In this document: piece after piece, positions 1-14,291 of the stretch | Position numbering within the stretch: the first letter of the stretch is position 1 | Layout: each line of letters starts with the position of its first letter | NCBI GenBank assembly: GCA_009914755.4 | Contig: CP086569.2 | Location: forward strand, 51,200,001 to 51,264,000 | DNA from: the human T2T-CHM13v2.0 reference genome, Homo sapiens | DNA: 64,000 nt | Reading direction: 5' to 3' | Made by a program: the position numbers and the translations under genes | The notes under the pieces: generated by a model | What the model was told of the DNA's origin: nothing | Databases searched by the model: none | What the model saw: the letters and a program-made list of their open reading frames with translations, nothing else

Positions 1-3000
1 ATTAAATGGAAATGAATCAAATTGAATAGCACGGAATTGAATTGAATGGAATGGAATGCAATGGAATCTAATGAAACGGAAAGGAAAGGAATGGAATGGA
101 ATGGAATGGACTGGAATGGAAAGGAATCGAAACGAATGGAATGGAATCGAACTGAAGAGACTGGAATGGAATGCACTGGAATGGAAGGGAGTGTAATGGA
201 AGGTTCTCGAAAAAAATGGAATCGAATGGAATGGAATTGAATGGAACGGAATAGAGTCGAATGGAATTGAATGGAATGGAATGGACTAGAGTGAAATGGA
301 ATCGAACCACAAGGAATGGAGAGGAATAGAATGGTCTCGAATTGAATGGAATCGTATGGAATGGCATCAAACGGAATGGAATGGACAGCCACGGAATGGA
401 ATGCACTCGAATGCAATGGAGTCGAAACTAATGGACTGGAATAGAATGGACTCGACTGGTACGGACTCCAATGGAATGGAATCGAATGGAAGGGAATCGA
501 ACGGAATGGACTCGAAGGGAAAAGACTGCAATGGAAAGGTCTCGAATGGAATGGAAATTAATGGAATGGAATGGAATCGAATGAAATGGAGTCAAAAGGA
601 ATGGAATCGAATGGCAAGAAATCGAATGTAATGGAATCACAAGGAATTGATGTGAACGGAACGGAATGGAATGGAATCCAAAGGAATGGAATAGAATGGA
701 ATGGAATCGAATGGAAAGGACTCGAATGGAAATCACTCGAATAGAATGCAATTTAATAAAATTGGATCAAATTTAATGGAATGGAATGAAAAGGAATCGA
801 AACGAAAGGAATGGAGACAGACGGAATGGAATGGAACAGAGAGCAATGGTATAGAATGGAATGGAATCATCTGGAATGGAATTGAATGGAATGGAATAAT
901 ATGAAATGGAATGGAATGGAATGGAATGGAATGCCCTTGAATTAAATGGACTGGAATGGAATGGACTCGATCAGAGTGGAATGGAAAGTGTTGAGATAGA
1001 ATGGAATGGACTCCTTTGGAATGGTGTAGTATGCAATGCAATCGACTGGCAGGGAATCAAAAGGAATGTAATCGAATGGATTGGACTGGAATGCAATGGA
1101 CTCGAATAGATTGGAAACGGAATGCAAAGGAATGGAATGGAATAGTATGGAATGGAATGGAAAGGAATGGAGTGGAATAGACTAGAGTGGAATGGAATGG
1201 ACTGGAAAGCAATGGACTGGAATGGAACTTTCTTGAATGGACTGGAATCAAACGGAATGGAATGCAATGCAATCAAATGGCATGGAATAAAATAGAATGA
1301 AAGAGAATCAAATGGAATTGAATCGAATGGAATCGAATGGATTGGAAAGGAATAGAATGGAATGGAATGGAATTGACTCAAATGGAATGGACTAGAATGG
1401 AATGGATTCGAATGGAAGGCAAAGGAATGGAATCTATTGGAATGGACTGTAATGGAATGGAATGGAAGGGATTGGAATGGGCTCGAATGGAATGGACTGC
1501 AATAGAAAGGATTCCAATGGAATGAAAAAGAATTGAATGGAATAGAACAGAATGGAATCAAATCGAATGAAATGGAATGGAATAGAAAGGAATGGAATGA
1601 AATGGAATGGAAAGGATTCGAATGGAATGCAATCGAATGGAATGGAATCGAACGGAATGGAATAAAATGGAAGAAAACTGGCAAGAAATGGAATCGAAAT
1701 GAATGGAGTGTTATGGAACGGAGTCAAAAGGAATTGAATGTAATAGAATGGAGTGGAGTGGACTCGAATATAATGGACTGGAATGGAATGAAATCACATG
1801 GAATGGGAACGAATGGAATGGAATGGAAAGGAATGGAATCGAATGGAAAGGAATCGAATGGAAGGGAATGAAATTAAATCAACAGGAATGGAAGGGAATA
1901 GAATAGACGGTAATGGAATGGACTCGAATAGAATGGACAGGAATGCTCAAATTGAATGGACTCGAATGGAATGGAAACGAAATGAATGTCATCGAATGGA
2001 ATTGAATCGATTGGAATGAAATCATATAGAATGGAGTGGAATCAAATGGAATTGAATCGAAAGGAAAGGAAACAAATGGACTGAAATGAAATGGAATGGA
2101 ATTGAATGGAAAGTTATGTAATGGAATAGAATGGAACGAAATTTCACGGAATGGATTCAAACTGAATGGAATCAAATCAATGGAATCAAATCAAATGGAA
2201 TGGAAAGGAATTGAATGGAGTAGATTGGATTGGATGGGATTGGAATGAAATGTACTGGAAAGGACTCGAATTTCATGAAACGGAATGGAATGAATTGGAA
2301 CGGAACGGAATCGAATGGAATGGAATGTCATGGAATGGCATCAAATGGAATGGCATCAAATGGAATGGAATCGAATGCAATGGAATGCTATGGAATGGAA
2401 TGGAATGCATTGGAATGGAATGTCCTCTAATGGAATGGATTCGAGTGGAATGGAATCGAATATAATGGAGTCGAATGAAATGGAATTGAAAGGAATGGGA
2501 TCGAATACAATGGAATATACTGGAATGTAATGTAATGAACTCGAATGTAATTGACTGGAATGGAATGTACATGAATGGAATGTAATCGAATGGAAAGTAA
2601 TCCAATGGAATAGAATCTAATGCAATAAAATCGACTCAGATAGAGTAGAATGTAATGGAATGGAGTGCAGTGCAATGGAATGGAATGGAATGCAATGGAA
2701 TGGAATGGAATGGAATGGAATGGAATGGAATGGAATGGAATGGTGTGGAATGGATAGTAATGGACTGGAGTGAAATGGACTGGAAAGGAATGGACTCAAA
2801 TTGAAAGGGCTCGAAAGGAATGGAGTCAAATGGAATGGTCTGGAATGGAATGAACACGAATGTAATGCAATCCAATAGAATGGAATCGAATGGCATGGAA
2901 TATAAAGAAATGGAATCGAAGAGAATGGAAACAAATGGAATGGAATTGAGTGGAATCGAATTGAATGGAATGGGAACGAATGGAGTGAAATTGTATGCAG

Positions 3001-3554
3001 TAGAAGAGAATAGAATGGAATGCAAGCGAAAGGAAAGGAATGGATTGGAATGGAATGGAATTCATTGGAATGGAAGGGAATGTAGTGTAATGGACAGGCC
3101 TGGAATAAAGTGGAATGCTACGGTCTCGAATGGAATAAAAATGTATGGAATGGAATGCAATGAAACGGAATCGAATGTCATAGAATGTAATGGAATGCAA
3201 AAAAATGGAATCCAAAATCATTGACTGGAAAGGCTGGGTGTCGAAAGGAATTGACTCCAATGGAATGGAATCGAATGGAATGGAAGTGAATAGAATCGAA
3301 CTAAATCGAATGGAATGGAATTGATAGGAACGGAATGGAAAGGAATGCAATGATTTGGCATGGAATGGAATCGAATGGCATCGAATGGAATGGAATGGAA
3401 TGCAATGGAATGGAATGTATTAGAATGTAATGAACTTTAATGGAATGTACTCGAATGGATTCGACTGGAATGGAATGTTCTGGAAGTGAATGGACTCCAA
3501 TGGAATGGATTCCAAAGGAATGGAATCGTACGGAATGGAATCTAATGGAATGGA
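1..3554 (+). repeat. HOR unit 1 (3554 bp). The phase is arbitrary: the window happens to start at the anchor motif.
   Basis: Anchor motif at 1. The next anchor is at 3555. Confidence 0.9.
2694..2753 (+). repeat. Pure (AATGG)12 microsatellite-like tract inside unit 1. It is the length-variable core of each HOR.
   Basis: Counted directly: 12 perfect aatgg copies, followed by tgtgg. Confidence 0.9.
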
Positions 3555-6500
3555 ATTAAATGGAAATGAATCAAATTGAATAGCACGGAATTGAATTGAA
3601 TGAAATGGAATGCAATGGAATCTAATGAAACGGAAAGGAAAGGAATGGAATGGAATGGAATGGGCTGGAATGGAAAGGAATCGAAACGAATGGAATGGAA
3701 TCGAACTGAAGAGACTGGAATGGAATGCACTGGAATGGAAGGGAGTGTAATGGAAGGTTCTCGAAAAAAATGGAATCGAATGGAATGGAATTGAATGGAA
3801 CGGAATAGAGTCGAATGAAATTGAATGGAATGGAATGGACTAGAGTGAAATGGAATCGAACCACAAGGAATGGACAGGAATAGAATGGTCTCGAATTGAA
3901 TGGAATCGTATGGAATGGCATCAAACGGAATGGAATGGACAGCCACGGAATGGAATGCACTCGAATGCAATGGAGTCGAAACTAATGGACTGGAATAGAA
4001 TGGACTCGACTGGTACGGACTCCAATGGAATGGAATCGAATGGAAGGGAATCGAACGGAATGGACTCGAAGGGAAAAGACTGCAATGGAAAGGTCTCGAA
4101 TGGAATGGAAATTAATGGAATGGAATGGAATCGAATGAAATGGAGTCAAAAGGAATGGAATCGAATGGCAAGAAATCGAATGTAATGGAATCGCAAGGAA
4201 TTGATGTGAACGGAACGGAATGGAATGGAATCCAAAGGAATGGAATAGAATGGAATGGAATCGAATGGAAAGGACTCGAATGGAAATCACTCGAATAGAA
4301 TGCAATTTATTAAAATAGGATCAAATGGAATGGAATGGAATGGAAAGGAATCGAAACGAAAGGAATGGAGACAGATGGAATGGAATGGAACAGAGAGCAA
4401 TGCTATAGAATGGAATGGAATCATCTGGAATGGAATTGAATGGAATGGAATAATATGAAATGGAATGGAATGGAATGGAATGGAATGCCCTTGAATTAAA
4501 TGGACTGGAATGGAATGGACTCCAACAGAGTGGAATGGAAAGTGTTGAGATAGAATGGAATGGACTCCTTTGGAATGGTCTAGTATGCAATGCAATAGAC
4601 TGGCAGGGAATCAAAAGGAATGTAATCGAATGGATTGGACTGGAATGCAATGGACTCGAATAGATTGGAAACGGAATGCAAAGGAATGGAATGGAATAGT
4701 ATGGAATGGAATGGAAAGGAATGGAGTGGAATAGACTAGAGTGGAATGGAATGGACTGGAAAGCAATGGACTGGAATGGAACTTTCTTGAATGGACTGGA
4801 ATCAAACGGAATGGAATGCAATGCAATCAAATGGCATGGAATAAAATAGAATGAAAGAGAATCAAATGGAATTGAATCGAATGGAATCGAATGGATTGGA
4901 AAGGAATAGAATGGAATGGAATGGAATTGACTCAAATGGAATGGACTAGAATGGAATGGATTCGAATGGAAGGCAAAGGAATGGAATCTATTGGAATGGA
5001 CTGTAATGGAATGGAATGGAAGGGATTGGAATGGACTCGAATGGAATGGACTGCAATAGAAAGGATTCCAATGGAATGAAAAAGAATTGAATGGAATAGA
5101 ACAGAATGGAATCAAATCGAATGAAATGGAATGGAATAGAAAGGAATGGAATGAAATGGAATGGAAAGGATTCGAATGGAATGCAATCGAATGGAATGGA
5201 ATCGAACGGAATGGAATAAAATGGAAGAAAACTGGCAAGAAATGGAATCGAAATGAATGGAGTATTATGGAACGGACTCAAAAGGAATTGAATGTAATAG
5301 AATGGAGTGGAGTGGACTCGAATATAATGGACTGGAATGGAATGAAATCACATGGAATGGGAACGAATGGAATGGAATGGAAAGGAATGGAATCGAATGG
5401 AAAGGAATCGAATGGAAGGGAATGAAATTGAATCAACAGGAATGGAAGGGAATAGAATAGACGGTAATGGAATGGACTCGAATAGAATGGACACGAATGC
5501 TCAAATTGAATGGACTCGAATGGAATGGAAACGAAAGGAATGTCATCGAATGGAATTGAATCGATTGGAATGAAATCGCATAGAATGGAGTGGAATCAAA
5601 TGGAATTGAATCGAAAGGAAAGGAAGCGAATGGACTGAAATGAAATGGAATGGAATTGAATGGAAAGTAATGCAATGGAATAGAATGGAACGAAATTTCA
5701 CGGAATGGAATCAAACTGAATGGAATCAAATCAATGGAATCTAATCAAATGGAATGGAAAGGAATTGAATGGAGTAGATTGGATTGGATGGGATTGGAAT
5801 GAAATCTACTGGAAAGGACTCGAATTTCATGAAACGGAATGGAATGAATTGGAACGGAATGGACTCGAATGGAATGGAATGTCATGGAATGGCATCAAAT
5901 GGAATGGCATCAAATGGAATGGAATCGAATGCAATGGAATGTTATGGAATGGAATGGAATGCATTGGAATGGAATGTCCTCTAATGGAATGGATTCGAGT
6001 GGAATGGAATCGAATATAATGGAGTCGAATGAAATGGAATTGAAAGGAATGGGATCGAATAGAATGGAATATACTGGAATGTAATGTAATGAACTCGAAT
6101 GTAATTGACTGGAATGGAATGTACATGAATGGAAGGTAATCGAATGGAAAGTAATCCAATGGAATAGAATCTAATGCAATAAAACCGACTCAGATAGAGT
6201 AGAATGTAATGGAATGGAGTGCAGTGCAATGGAATGGAATGGAATTGAATGCAAAGGAATGGAATGGAATGGAATGGAATGGAATGGAATGGAATGGAAT
6301 GGAATGGAATGGGATGGAATGGTATGGAATGGATAGAAATGGACTGGAGTGAAATGGACTGGAAAGGAATGGACTCAAATTGAAAGGGCTCGAAAGGAAT
6401 GGAGTCAAATGGAATGGTCTGGAATGGAATGAACACGAATGTAATGCAATCCAATAGAATGGAATCGAATGGCATGGAATATAAAGAAATGGATACGAAG

Positions 6501-7133
6501 AGAATGGAAACAAATGGAATGGAATTGAATGGAATGGAATTGAATGGAATGGGAACGAATGGAGTGAAATTGTATGCAGTAGAAGGGAATAGAATGGAAT
6601 GCAAGCGAAAGGAAAGGAATGGATTGGAATGGAATGGAATTCATTGGAATGGAAGGGAATGTAGTGTAATGGACAGGCCTGGAATAAAGTGGAATGCTAC
6701 GGTCTCGAATGGAATAAAAATGTATGGAATGGAATGCAATGAAACGGAATCGAATGTCATAGAATGTAATGGAATGCAACAAAATGGAATCCAAAATCAT
6801 TGACTGGAAAGGCTGGGTGTCGAAAGGAATTGACTCCAATGGAATGGAATCGAATGGAATGGAAGTGAATAGAATCGAACTAAATCGAATGGAATGGAAT
6901 TGATAGGAACGGAATGGAAAGGAATGCAATGATTTGGCATGGAATGGAATCGAATGGCATCGAATGGAATGGAATGGAATGCAATGGAATGGAATGTATT
7001 AGAATGTAATGAACTTTAATGGAATGTACTCGAATGGATTCGACTGGAATGGAATGTTCTGGAAGTGAATGGACTCCAATGGAATGGATTCAAAAGGAAT
7101 GGAATCGTACGGAATGGAATCTAATGGAATGGA
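3555..7133 (+). repeat. HOR unit 2 (3579 bp), variant family A
   Basis: Anchors at 3555 and 7134. Private variants: 'MKWNAMES' at 3600 and 'KEWTGIEW' at 3850-4185, both shared only with unit 17. Confidence 0.9.
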
Positions 7134-10100
7134 ATTAAATGGAAATGAATCAAATTGAATAGCACGGAATTGAATTGAATGGAATGGAATGCAATGGAAT
7201 CTAATGAAACGGAAAGGAAAGGAATGGAATGGAATGGAATGGGCTGGAATGGAAAGGAATCGAAACGAATGGAATGGAATCGAACTGAAGAGACTGGAAT
7301 GGAATGCACTGGAATGGAAGGGAGTGTAATGGAAGGTTCTCGAAAAAAATGGAATCGAATGGAATGGAATTGAATGGAACGGAATAGAGTCGAATGGAAT
7401 TGAATGGAATGGAATGGACTAGAGTGAAATGGAATCAAACCACAAGGAATGGAGAGGAATAGAATGGTCTCGAATTGAATGGAATCATATGGAATGGCAT
7501 CAAACGGAATGGAATGGACAGCCACGGAATGGAATGCACTCGAATGCAATGGAGTCGAAACTAATGGACTGGAATAGAATGGACTCGACTGGTACGGACT
7601 CCAATGGAATGGAATCGAATGGAAGGGAATCGAACGGAATGGACTCGAAGGGAAAAGACTGCAATGGAAAGGTCTCGAATGGAATGGAAATTAATGGAAT
7701 GGAATGGAATCGAATGAAATGGAGTCAAAAGGAATGGAATCGAATGGCAAGAAATCGAATGTAATGGAATCGCAAGGAATTGATGTGAACGGAACGGAAT
7801 GGAATGGAATCCAAAGGAATGGAATAGAATGGAATGGAATCGAATGGAAAGGACTCGAATGGAAATCACTCGAATAGAATGCAATTTAATAAAATAGGAT
7901 CAAATATAATGGAATGGAATGGAAAGGAATCGAAACGAAAGGAATGGAGACAGATGGAATGGAATAGAACAGAGAGCAATGGTATAGAATGGAATGGAAT
8001 CATCTGGAATGGAATTGAATGGAATGGAATAATATGAAATGGAATGGAATGGAATGGAATGGAATGCCCTTGAATTAAATGGACTGGAATGGAATGGACT
8101 CGAACAGAGTGGAATGGAAAGTGTTGAGATAGAATGGAATGGACTCCTTTGGAATGGTGTAGTATGCAATGCAATCGACTGGCAGGGAATCAAAAGGAAT
8201 GTAATCGAATGGATTGGACTGGAATGCAATGGACTCGAATAGATTGCAAACAGAATGCAAAGGAATGGAATGGAATAGTATGGAATGGAATGGAAAGGAA
8301 TGGAGTGGAATAGACTAGAGTGGAATGGAATGGACTGGAAAGCAATGGACTGGAATGGAACTTTCTTGAATGGACTGGAATCAAACGGAATGGAATGCAA
8401 TGCAATCAAATGGCATGGAATAAAATAGAATGAAAGAGAATCAAATGGAATTGAATCGAATGGAATCGAATGGATTGGAAAGGAATAGAATGGAATGGAA
8501 TGGAATGGACTCAAATGGAATGGACTAGAATGGAATGGATTCGAATGGAAGGCAAAGGAATGGAATCTATTGGAATGGACTGTAATGGAATGGAATGGAA
8601 GGGATTGGAATGGACTCGAATGGAATGGACTGCAATAGAAAGGATTTGAATGGAATGAAAAAGAATTGAATGGAATAGAACAGAATGGAATCAAATCGAA
8701 TGAAATGGAATGGAATAGAAAGGAATGGAATGAAATGGAATGGAAAGGATTCGAATGGAATGCAATCGAATGGAATGGAATCGAACGGAATGGAATAAAA
8801 TGGAAGAAAACTGGCAAGAAATGGAATCGAAATGAATGGAGTGTTATGGAACGGACTCAAAAGGAATTGAATGTAATAGAATGGAGTGGAGTGGACTCGA
8901 ATATAATGGACTGGAATGGAATGAAATCACATGGAATGGGAACGAATGGAATGGAATGGAAAGGAATGGAATCGAATGGAAAGGAATCGAATGGAAGGGA
9001 ATGAAATTGAATCAACAGGAATGGAAGGGAATAGAATAGACGGTAATGGAATGGACTCGAATAGAATGGACACGAATGCTCAAATTGAATGGACTCGAAT
9101 GGAATGGAAACGAAAGGAATGTCATCGAATGGAATTGAATCGATTGGAATGAAATGGCATAGAATGGAGTGGAATCAAATGGAATTGAATCGAAAGGAAA
9201 GGAAGCGAATGGACTGAAATGAAATGGAATGGAATTGAATGGAAAGTAATGCAATGGAATAGAATGGAACGAAATTTCACGGAATGGAATCAAACTGAAT
9301 GGAATCAAATCAATGGAATCAAATCAAATGGAATGGAAAGGAATTGAATGGAGTAGATTGGATTGGATGGGATTGGAATGAAATGTACTGGAAAGGACTC
9401 GAATTTCATGAAACGGAATGGAATGAATTGGAACGGAATGGACTCGAATGGAATGGAATGTCATGGAATGGCATCAAATGGAATGGCATCAAATGGAATG
9501 GAATCGAATGCAATGGAATGCTATGGAATGGAATGGAATGCATTGGAATGGAATGTCCTCTAATGGAATGGATTCGAGTGGAATGGAATCGAATATAATG
9601 GAGTCGAATGAAATGGAATTGAAAGGAATGGGATCGAATACAATGGAATATACTGGAATGTAATGTAATGAACTCGAATGTAATTGACTGGAATGGAATG
9701 TACATGAATGGAATGTAATCGAATGGAAAGTAATCCAATGGAATAGAATCTAATGCAATAAAATCGACTCAGATAGAGTAGAATGTAATGGAATGGAGTG
9801 CAGTGCAATGGAATGGAATGGAATGGAATGCAATGGAATGGAATGGAATGGAATGGAATGGAATGGAATGGAATGGAATGGGATGGAATGGTATGGAATG
9901 GTATGGAATGGATAGTAATGGACTGGAGTGAAATGGACTGGAAAGGAATGGACTCAAATTGAAAGGGCTCGAAAGGAATGGAGTCAAATGGAATGGTCTG
10001 GAATGGAATGAACACGAATGTAATGCAATCCAATAGAATGGAATCGAATGGCATGGAATATAAAGAAATGGATTCGAAGAGAATGGAAACAAATGGAATG

Positions 10101-10712
10101 GAATTGAATGGAATGGAATTGAATGGAATGGGAACGAATGGAGTGAAATTGTATGCAGTAGAAGGGAATAGAATGGAATGCAAGCGAAAGGAAAGGAATG
10201 GATTGGAATGGAATGGAATTCATTGGAATGGAAGGGAATGTAGTGTAATGGACAGGCCTGGAATAAAGTGGAATGCTACGGTCTCGAATGGAATAAAAAT
10301 GTATGGAATGGAATACAAAGAAACGGAATCGAATGTCATAGAATGTAATGGAATGCAACAAAATGGAATCCAAAATCATTGACTGGAAAGGCTGGGTGTC
10401 GAAAGGAATTGACTCCAATGGAATGGAATCGAATGGAATGGAAGTGAATAGAATCGAACTAAATCGAATGGAATGGAATTGATAGGAACGGAATGGAAAG
10501 GAATGCAATGATTTGGCATGGAATGGAATCGAATGGCATCGAATGGAATGGAATGGAATGCAATGGAATGGAATGTATTAGAATGTAATGAACTTTAATG
10601 GAATGTACTCGAATGGATTCGACTGGAATGGAATGTTCTGGAAGTGAATGGACTCCAATGGAATGGATTCCAAAGGAATGGAATCGTACGGAATGGAATC
10701 TAATGGAATGGA
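7134..10712 (+). repeat. HOR unit 3 (3579 bp), variant family B
   Basis: Anchors at 7134 and 10713. Shares 'LCILFAIYSS...FHYI' and 'FAFCLQSIRVHC' variants with units 5, 8 and 18. Confidence 0.9.
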
Positions 10713-13700
10713 ATTAAATGGAAATGAATCAAATTGAATAGCACGGAATTGAATTGAATGGAATGGAATGCAATGGAATCTAATGAAACGGAAAGGAAAG
10801 GAATGGAATGGAATGGAATGGGCTGGAATGGAAAGGAATCGAAACGAATGGAATGGAATCGAACTGAAGAGACTGGAATGGAATGCACTGGAATGGAAGG
10901 GAGTGTAATGGAAGGTTCTCGAAAAAAATGGAATCGAATGGAATGGAATTGAATGGAACGGAATAGAGTCGAATGGAATTGAATGGAATGGAATGGACTA
11001 GAGTGAAATGGAATCGAACCACAAGGAATGGAGAGGAATAGAATGGTCTCGAATTGAATGGAATCGTATGGAGTGGCATCAAACGGAATGGAATGGACAG
11101 CCACGGAATGGAATGCACTCGAATGCAATGGAGTCGAAACTAATGGACTGGAATAGAATGGACTCGACTGGTACGGACTCCAATGGAATGGAATCGAATG
11201 GAAGGGAATCGAACGGAATGGACTCGAAGGGAAAAGACTGCAATGGAAAGGTCTCGAATGGAATGGAAATTAATGGAATGGAATGGAATCGAATGAAATG
11301 GAGTCAAAAGGAATGGAATCGAATGGCAACAAATCGAATGTAATGGAATCGCAAGGAATTGATGTGAACGGAACGGAATGGAATGGAATCCAAAGGAATG
11401 GAATAGAATGGAATGGAATCGAATGGAAAGGACTCGAATGGAAATCACTCGAATAGAATGCAATTTAATAAAATAGGATCAAATGGAATGGAATGGAATG
11501 GAAAGGAATCGAAACGAAAGGAATGGAGACAGATGGAATGGAATGGAACAGAGAGCAATGCTATAGAATGGAATGGAATCATCTGGAATGGAATTGAATG
11601 GAATGGAATAATATGAAATGGAATGGAATGGAATGGAATGGAATGCCCTTGAATTAAATGGACTGGAATGGAATGGACTCCAACAGAGTGGAATGGAAAG
11701 TGTTGAGATAGAATGGAATGGACTCCTTTGGAATGGTCTAGTATGCAATGCAATCGACTGGCAGGGAATCAAAAGGAATGTAATCGAATGGATTGGACTG
11801 GAATGCAATGGACTCGAATAGATTGGAAACGGAATGCAAAGGAATGGAATGGAATAGTATGGAATGGAATGGAAAGGAATGGAGTGGAATAGACTAGAGT
11901 GGAATGGAATGGACTGGAAAGCAATGGACTGGAATGGAACTTTCTTGAATGGACTGGAATCAAACGGAATGGAATGCAATGCAATCAAATGGCATGGAAT
12001 AAAATAGAATGAAAGAGAATCAAATGGAATTGAATCGAATGGAATCGAATGGATTGGAAAGGAATAGAATGGAATGGAATGGAATTGACTCAAATGGAAT
12101 GGACTAGAATGGAATGGATTCGAATGGAAGGCAAAGGAATGGAATCTATTGGAATGGACTGTAATGGAATGGAATGGAAGGGATTGGAATGGACTCGAAT
12201 GGAATGGACTGCAATAGAAAGGATTCCAATGGAATGAAAAAGAATTGAATGGAATAGAACAGAATGGAATCAAATCGAATGAAATGGAATGGAATAGAAA
12301 GGAATGGAATGAAATGGAATGGAAAGGATTCGAATGGAATGCAATCGAATGGAATGGAATCGAACGGAATGGAATAAAATGGAAGAAAACTGGCAAGAAA
12401 TGGAATCGAAATGAATGGAGTATTATGGAACGGACTCAAAAGGAATTGAATGTAATAGAATGGAGTGGAGTGGACTCGAATATAATGGACTGGAATGGAA
12501 TGAAATCACATGGAATGGGAACGAATGGAATGGAATGGAAAGGAATGGAATCGAATGGAAAGGAATCGAATGGAAGGGAATGAAATTGAATCAACAGGAA
12601 TGGAAGGGAATAGAATAGACGGTAATGGAATGGACTCGAATAGAATGGACACGAATGCTCAAATTGAATGGACTCGAATGGAATGGAAACGAAAGGAATG
12701 TCATCGAATGGAATTGAATCGATTGGAATGAAATCGCATAGAATGGAGTGGAATCAAATGGAATTGAATCGAAAGGAAAGGAAGCGAATGGACTGAAATG
12801 AAATGGAATGGAATTGAATGGAAAGTAATGCAATGGAATAGAATGGAACGAAATTTCACGGAATGGAATCAAACTGAATGGAATCAAATCAATGGAATCT
12901 AATCAAATGGAATGGAAAGGAATTGAATGGAGTAGATTGGATTGGATGGGATTGGAATGAAATCTACTGGAAAGGACTCGAATTTCATGAAACGGAATGG
13001 AATGAATTGGAACGGAATGGACTCGAATGGAATGGAATGTCATGGAATGGCATCAAATGGAATGGCATCAAATGGAATGGAATCGAATGCAATGGAATGT
13101 TATGGAATGGAATGGAATGCATTGGAATGGAATGTCCTCTAATGGAATGGATTCGAGTGGAATGGAATCGAATATAATGGAGTCGAATGAAATGGAATTG
13201 AAAGGAATGGGATCGAATAGAATGGAATATACTGGAATGTAATGTAATGAACTCGAATGTAATTGACTGGAATGGAATGTACATGAATGGAAGGTAATCG
13301 AATGGAAAGTAATCCAATGGAATAGAATCTAATGCAATAAAACCGACTCAGATAGAGTAGAATGTAATGGAATGGAGTGCAGTGCAATGGAATGGAATGG
13401 AATTGAATGCAATGGAATGGAATGGAATGGAATGGAATGGAATGGAATGGAATGGAATGGAATGGAATGGGATGGAATGGTATGGAATGGATAGAAATGG
13501 ACTGGAGTGAAATGGACTGGAAAGGAATGGACTCAAATTGAAAGGGCTCGAAAGGAATGGAGTCAAATGGAATGGTCTGGAATGGAATGAACACGAATGT
13601 AATGCAATCCAATAGAATGGAATCGAATGGCATGGAATATAAAGAAATGGATACGAAGAGAATGGAAACAAATGGAATGGAATTGAATGGAATGGAATTG

Positions 13701-14291
13701 AATGGAATGGGAACGAATGGAGTGAAATTGTATGCAGTAGAAGGGAATAGAATGGAATGCAAGCGAAAGGAAAGGAATGGATTGGAATGGAATGGAATTC
13801 ATTGGAATGGAAGGGAATGTAGTGTAATGGACAGGCCTGGAATAAAGTGGAATGCTACGGTCTCGAATGGAATAAAAATGTATGGAATGGAATGCAATGA
13901 AACGGAATCGAATGTCATAGAATGTAATGGAATGCAACAAAATGGAATCCAAAATCATTGACTGGAAAGGCTGGGTGTCGAAAGGAATTGACTCCAATGG
14001 AATGGAATCGAATGGAATGGAAGTGAATAGAATCGAACTAAATCGAATGGAATGGAATTGATAGGAACGGAATGGAAAGGAATGCAATGATTTGGCATGG
14101 AATGGAATCGAATGGCATCGAATGGAATGGAATGGAATGCAATGGAATGGAATGTATTAGAATGTAATGAACTTTAATGGAATGTACTCGAATGGATTCG
14201 ACTGGAATGGAATGTTCTGGAAGTGAATGGACTCCAATGGAATGGATTCAAAAGGAATGGAATCGTACGGAATGGAATCTAATGGAATGGA
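10713..14291 (+). repeat. HOR unit 4 (3579 bp), family A
   Basis: Anchors at 10713 and 14292. From ~11.4 kb onward it is near-identical to unit 7. Confidence 0.9.
13411..13470 (+). repeat. Pure (AATGG)12 tract in unit 4. The homologous tract in its duplicate, unit 7, has 11 copies.
   Basis: Counted directly. Confidence 0.9.
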
